Both the position numbers and the translations under genes were made by a program. Source: Terriglobia bacterium (lineage in GTDB: Bacteria; Acidobacteriota; Terriglobia; 20CM-2-55-15). From it: a DNA stretch of 64,000 nucleotides. The stretch's first letter is position 1, and every line of letters starts with the position of its first letter. The notes under the pieces are model-generated. The model was not told the DNA's origin. It did not search any database and saw nothing but the letters and a program-made list of their open reading frames with translations. Below, piece by piece: positions 62,830-64,000 of this stretch. The stretch lies in NCBI GenBank assembly GCA_963664115.2, contig CAXWPJ010000011.1, positions 64,001 to 128,000 of the forward strand, written 5' to 3'.

Positions 62830-63927
62830 TCAGCCGTCGCTTTCGTCATCCTGGGCCAGCTGAGATTCCATTCGGGCCACGAAATTCGATTCAGACTCAG
62901 CCGTAGACTTTCCCGGTGGTGGCACAATCGAGTCGGGCGCAGCTTCAGCATCCGTCTCATCCCCGGACACACTGTAAAGCTGGGGCGCACTGCGGTTGAC
63001 GTGTAACTGGAAAACGTCTGGCCGGTTGTAGTGGCCGGCGAAATCGTGGCGCAGTTTCATACCGATGCCCACTTCCAGGTTGCACTGGGCGTAGAGTATT
63101 CCCTCTTCAGGACCCAAAGGGCCGGCCAGGATACGGCTGTTGGGTCCGACGATGAGGCTGCCCCCAGAGGAGTCGGGATTGCGCAGGAATTTCTCCCCCT
63201 CGGGTCCGACCTGGAGTTTTACTATCATGTCATCGTCGACTGTGCCGCAGGCGGAGACCACGAACGCTTTGCTCATCTGGGCAAAGGCTTGTGAATCCAC
63301 CGCAACTCGATTACGCAGCGGGTCACCGCTGGTCGGAAAATGGTTGGGCCAGCTCATCACATGAATACGGCTGCCTTCCGCCGTCAGTCCGAACACTGCC
63401 AAGGGATTAGAGTTTTCGCCGCAAATCAGCCCGCTTACCGGCCCGAACTCGGTCTGAAATGCCCCAAAGGTATCGCCGAAGCCGCCCATGTGCACGAGGC
63501 GTTCGCCTACGGTTGGCATCAGCTTCTGGTGCTTGCCGACGAGTTCACCGTCCGGTCCGATCCAGATCTGAGTATTGAACATCGTGCCGAATGTGTTCGG
63601 CAGCTTCTCGCACACCCCCATCACCACATAGGCGTTGGCGTCCCGGGCGGCGCTTGAGAGCGCTTCTGTCTGGGCCCCCGGAATCTCCACCGAGTTCTTG
63701 AAAAGCTCGATTGCGAGCTGGTTGGCGATCACGCCGGTCGCTGGATGGTGGTGATACCAGACCGGGTGAGCAGGAATGAATCCCTCGGGGAAGGCAATGA
63801 TTTGAGCGCCATTGGCCCCAGCCTCGCGGATCAGGCGGCACGCCTTGTCGGTCGAGCCTTCACGATCCAGGAACACTGACGCGGCCTGCACGGCGGCCAC
63901 CTTCACATCAGGGTATTGATCGCCCAT
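62830..63927 (-). CDS. nitrilase (carbon-nitrogen hydrolase family)
   Basis: VAAVQA, FPE, HQKLMPT..ER, LICGEN catalytic E-K-C triad, D..GHY.RPDVF. Confidence 0.92.
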   Translation of the reverse strand: MGDQYPDVKVAAVQAASVFLDREGSTDKACRLIREAGANGAQIIAFPEGFIPAHPVWYHHHPATGVIANQLAIELFKNSVEIPGAQTEALSSAARDANAYVVMGVCEKLPNTFGTMFNTQIWIGPDGELVGKHQKLMPTVGERLVHMGGFGDTFGAFQTEFGPVSGLICGENSNPLAVFGLTAEGSRIHVMSWPNHFPTSGDPLRNRVAVDSQAFAQMSKAFVVSACGTVDDDMIVKLQVGPEGEKFLRNPDSSGGSLIVGPNSRILAGPLGPEEGILYAQCNLEVGIGMKLRHDFAGHYNRPDVFQLHVNRSAPQLYSVSGDETDAEAAPDSIVPPPGKSTAESESNFVARMESQLAQDDESDG

Positions 63928-64000
63928 GGTCGACTCCTATGAGACGCTATTATGCTTTAAGTGGGTCTCCCGGCAAGGCAAAGCTGGGGGTAGAGGCAAG

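Overview
GC-rich bacterial window, probably from an Acidobacteriota genome (inferred from gene families, not tested). Bases 1-3219 are the end of an integrative element whose tyrosine integrase is split by an IS256-family insertion with a 9-bp target duplication; it abuts tRNA-Arg(UCG) at 3220-3293. Bases ~3296-33434 form a ~30-kb accessory block bounded by that tRNA and a 40/43-nt copy of its 5' half at 33435-33477. Essentially every gene in this block encodes an exported or membrane protein: 7 paralogs of an unnamed two-Cys secreted family, 3 DUF6152-like His-His proteins, 2 DUF6644-like membrane proteins, MBL-fold proteins, Tat-exported amidohydrolases, a DUF1549/1553/1501 operon and a frameshifted TonB-dependent receptor. 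Bases 33.6-48 kb look like core genome: trxB, folB, a Tes-like radical SAM enzyme, Fe-S proteins, TPP riboswitch-thiC, cysE and a 2-oxoacid dehydrogenase E1/E2. Bases 48-64 kb hold a sugar ABC transporter, an S8 protease, an amidase, a fourth two-Cys/DUF6152 module and a nitrilase. The best candidate for an undescribed system is the recurrent DUF6152 + two-Cys protein (+DUF6644, +MBL) extracytoplasmic module. Family names come from motif recognition by eye; no searches were run.
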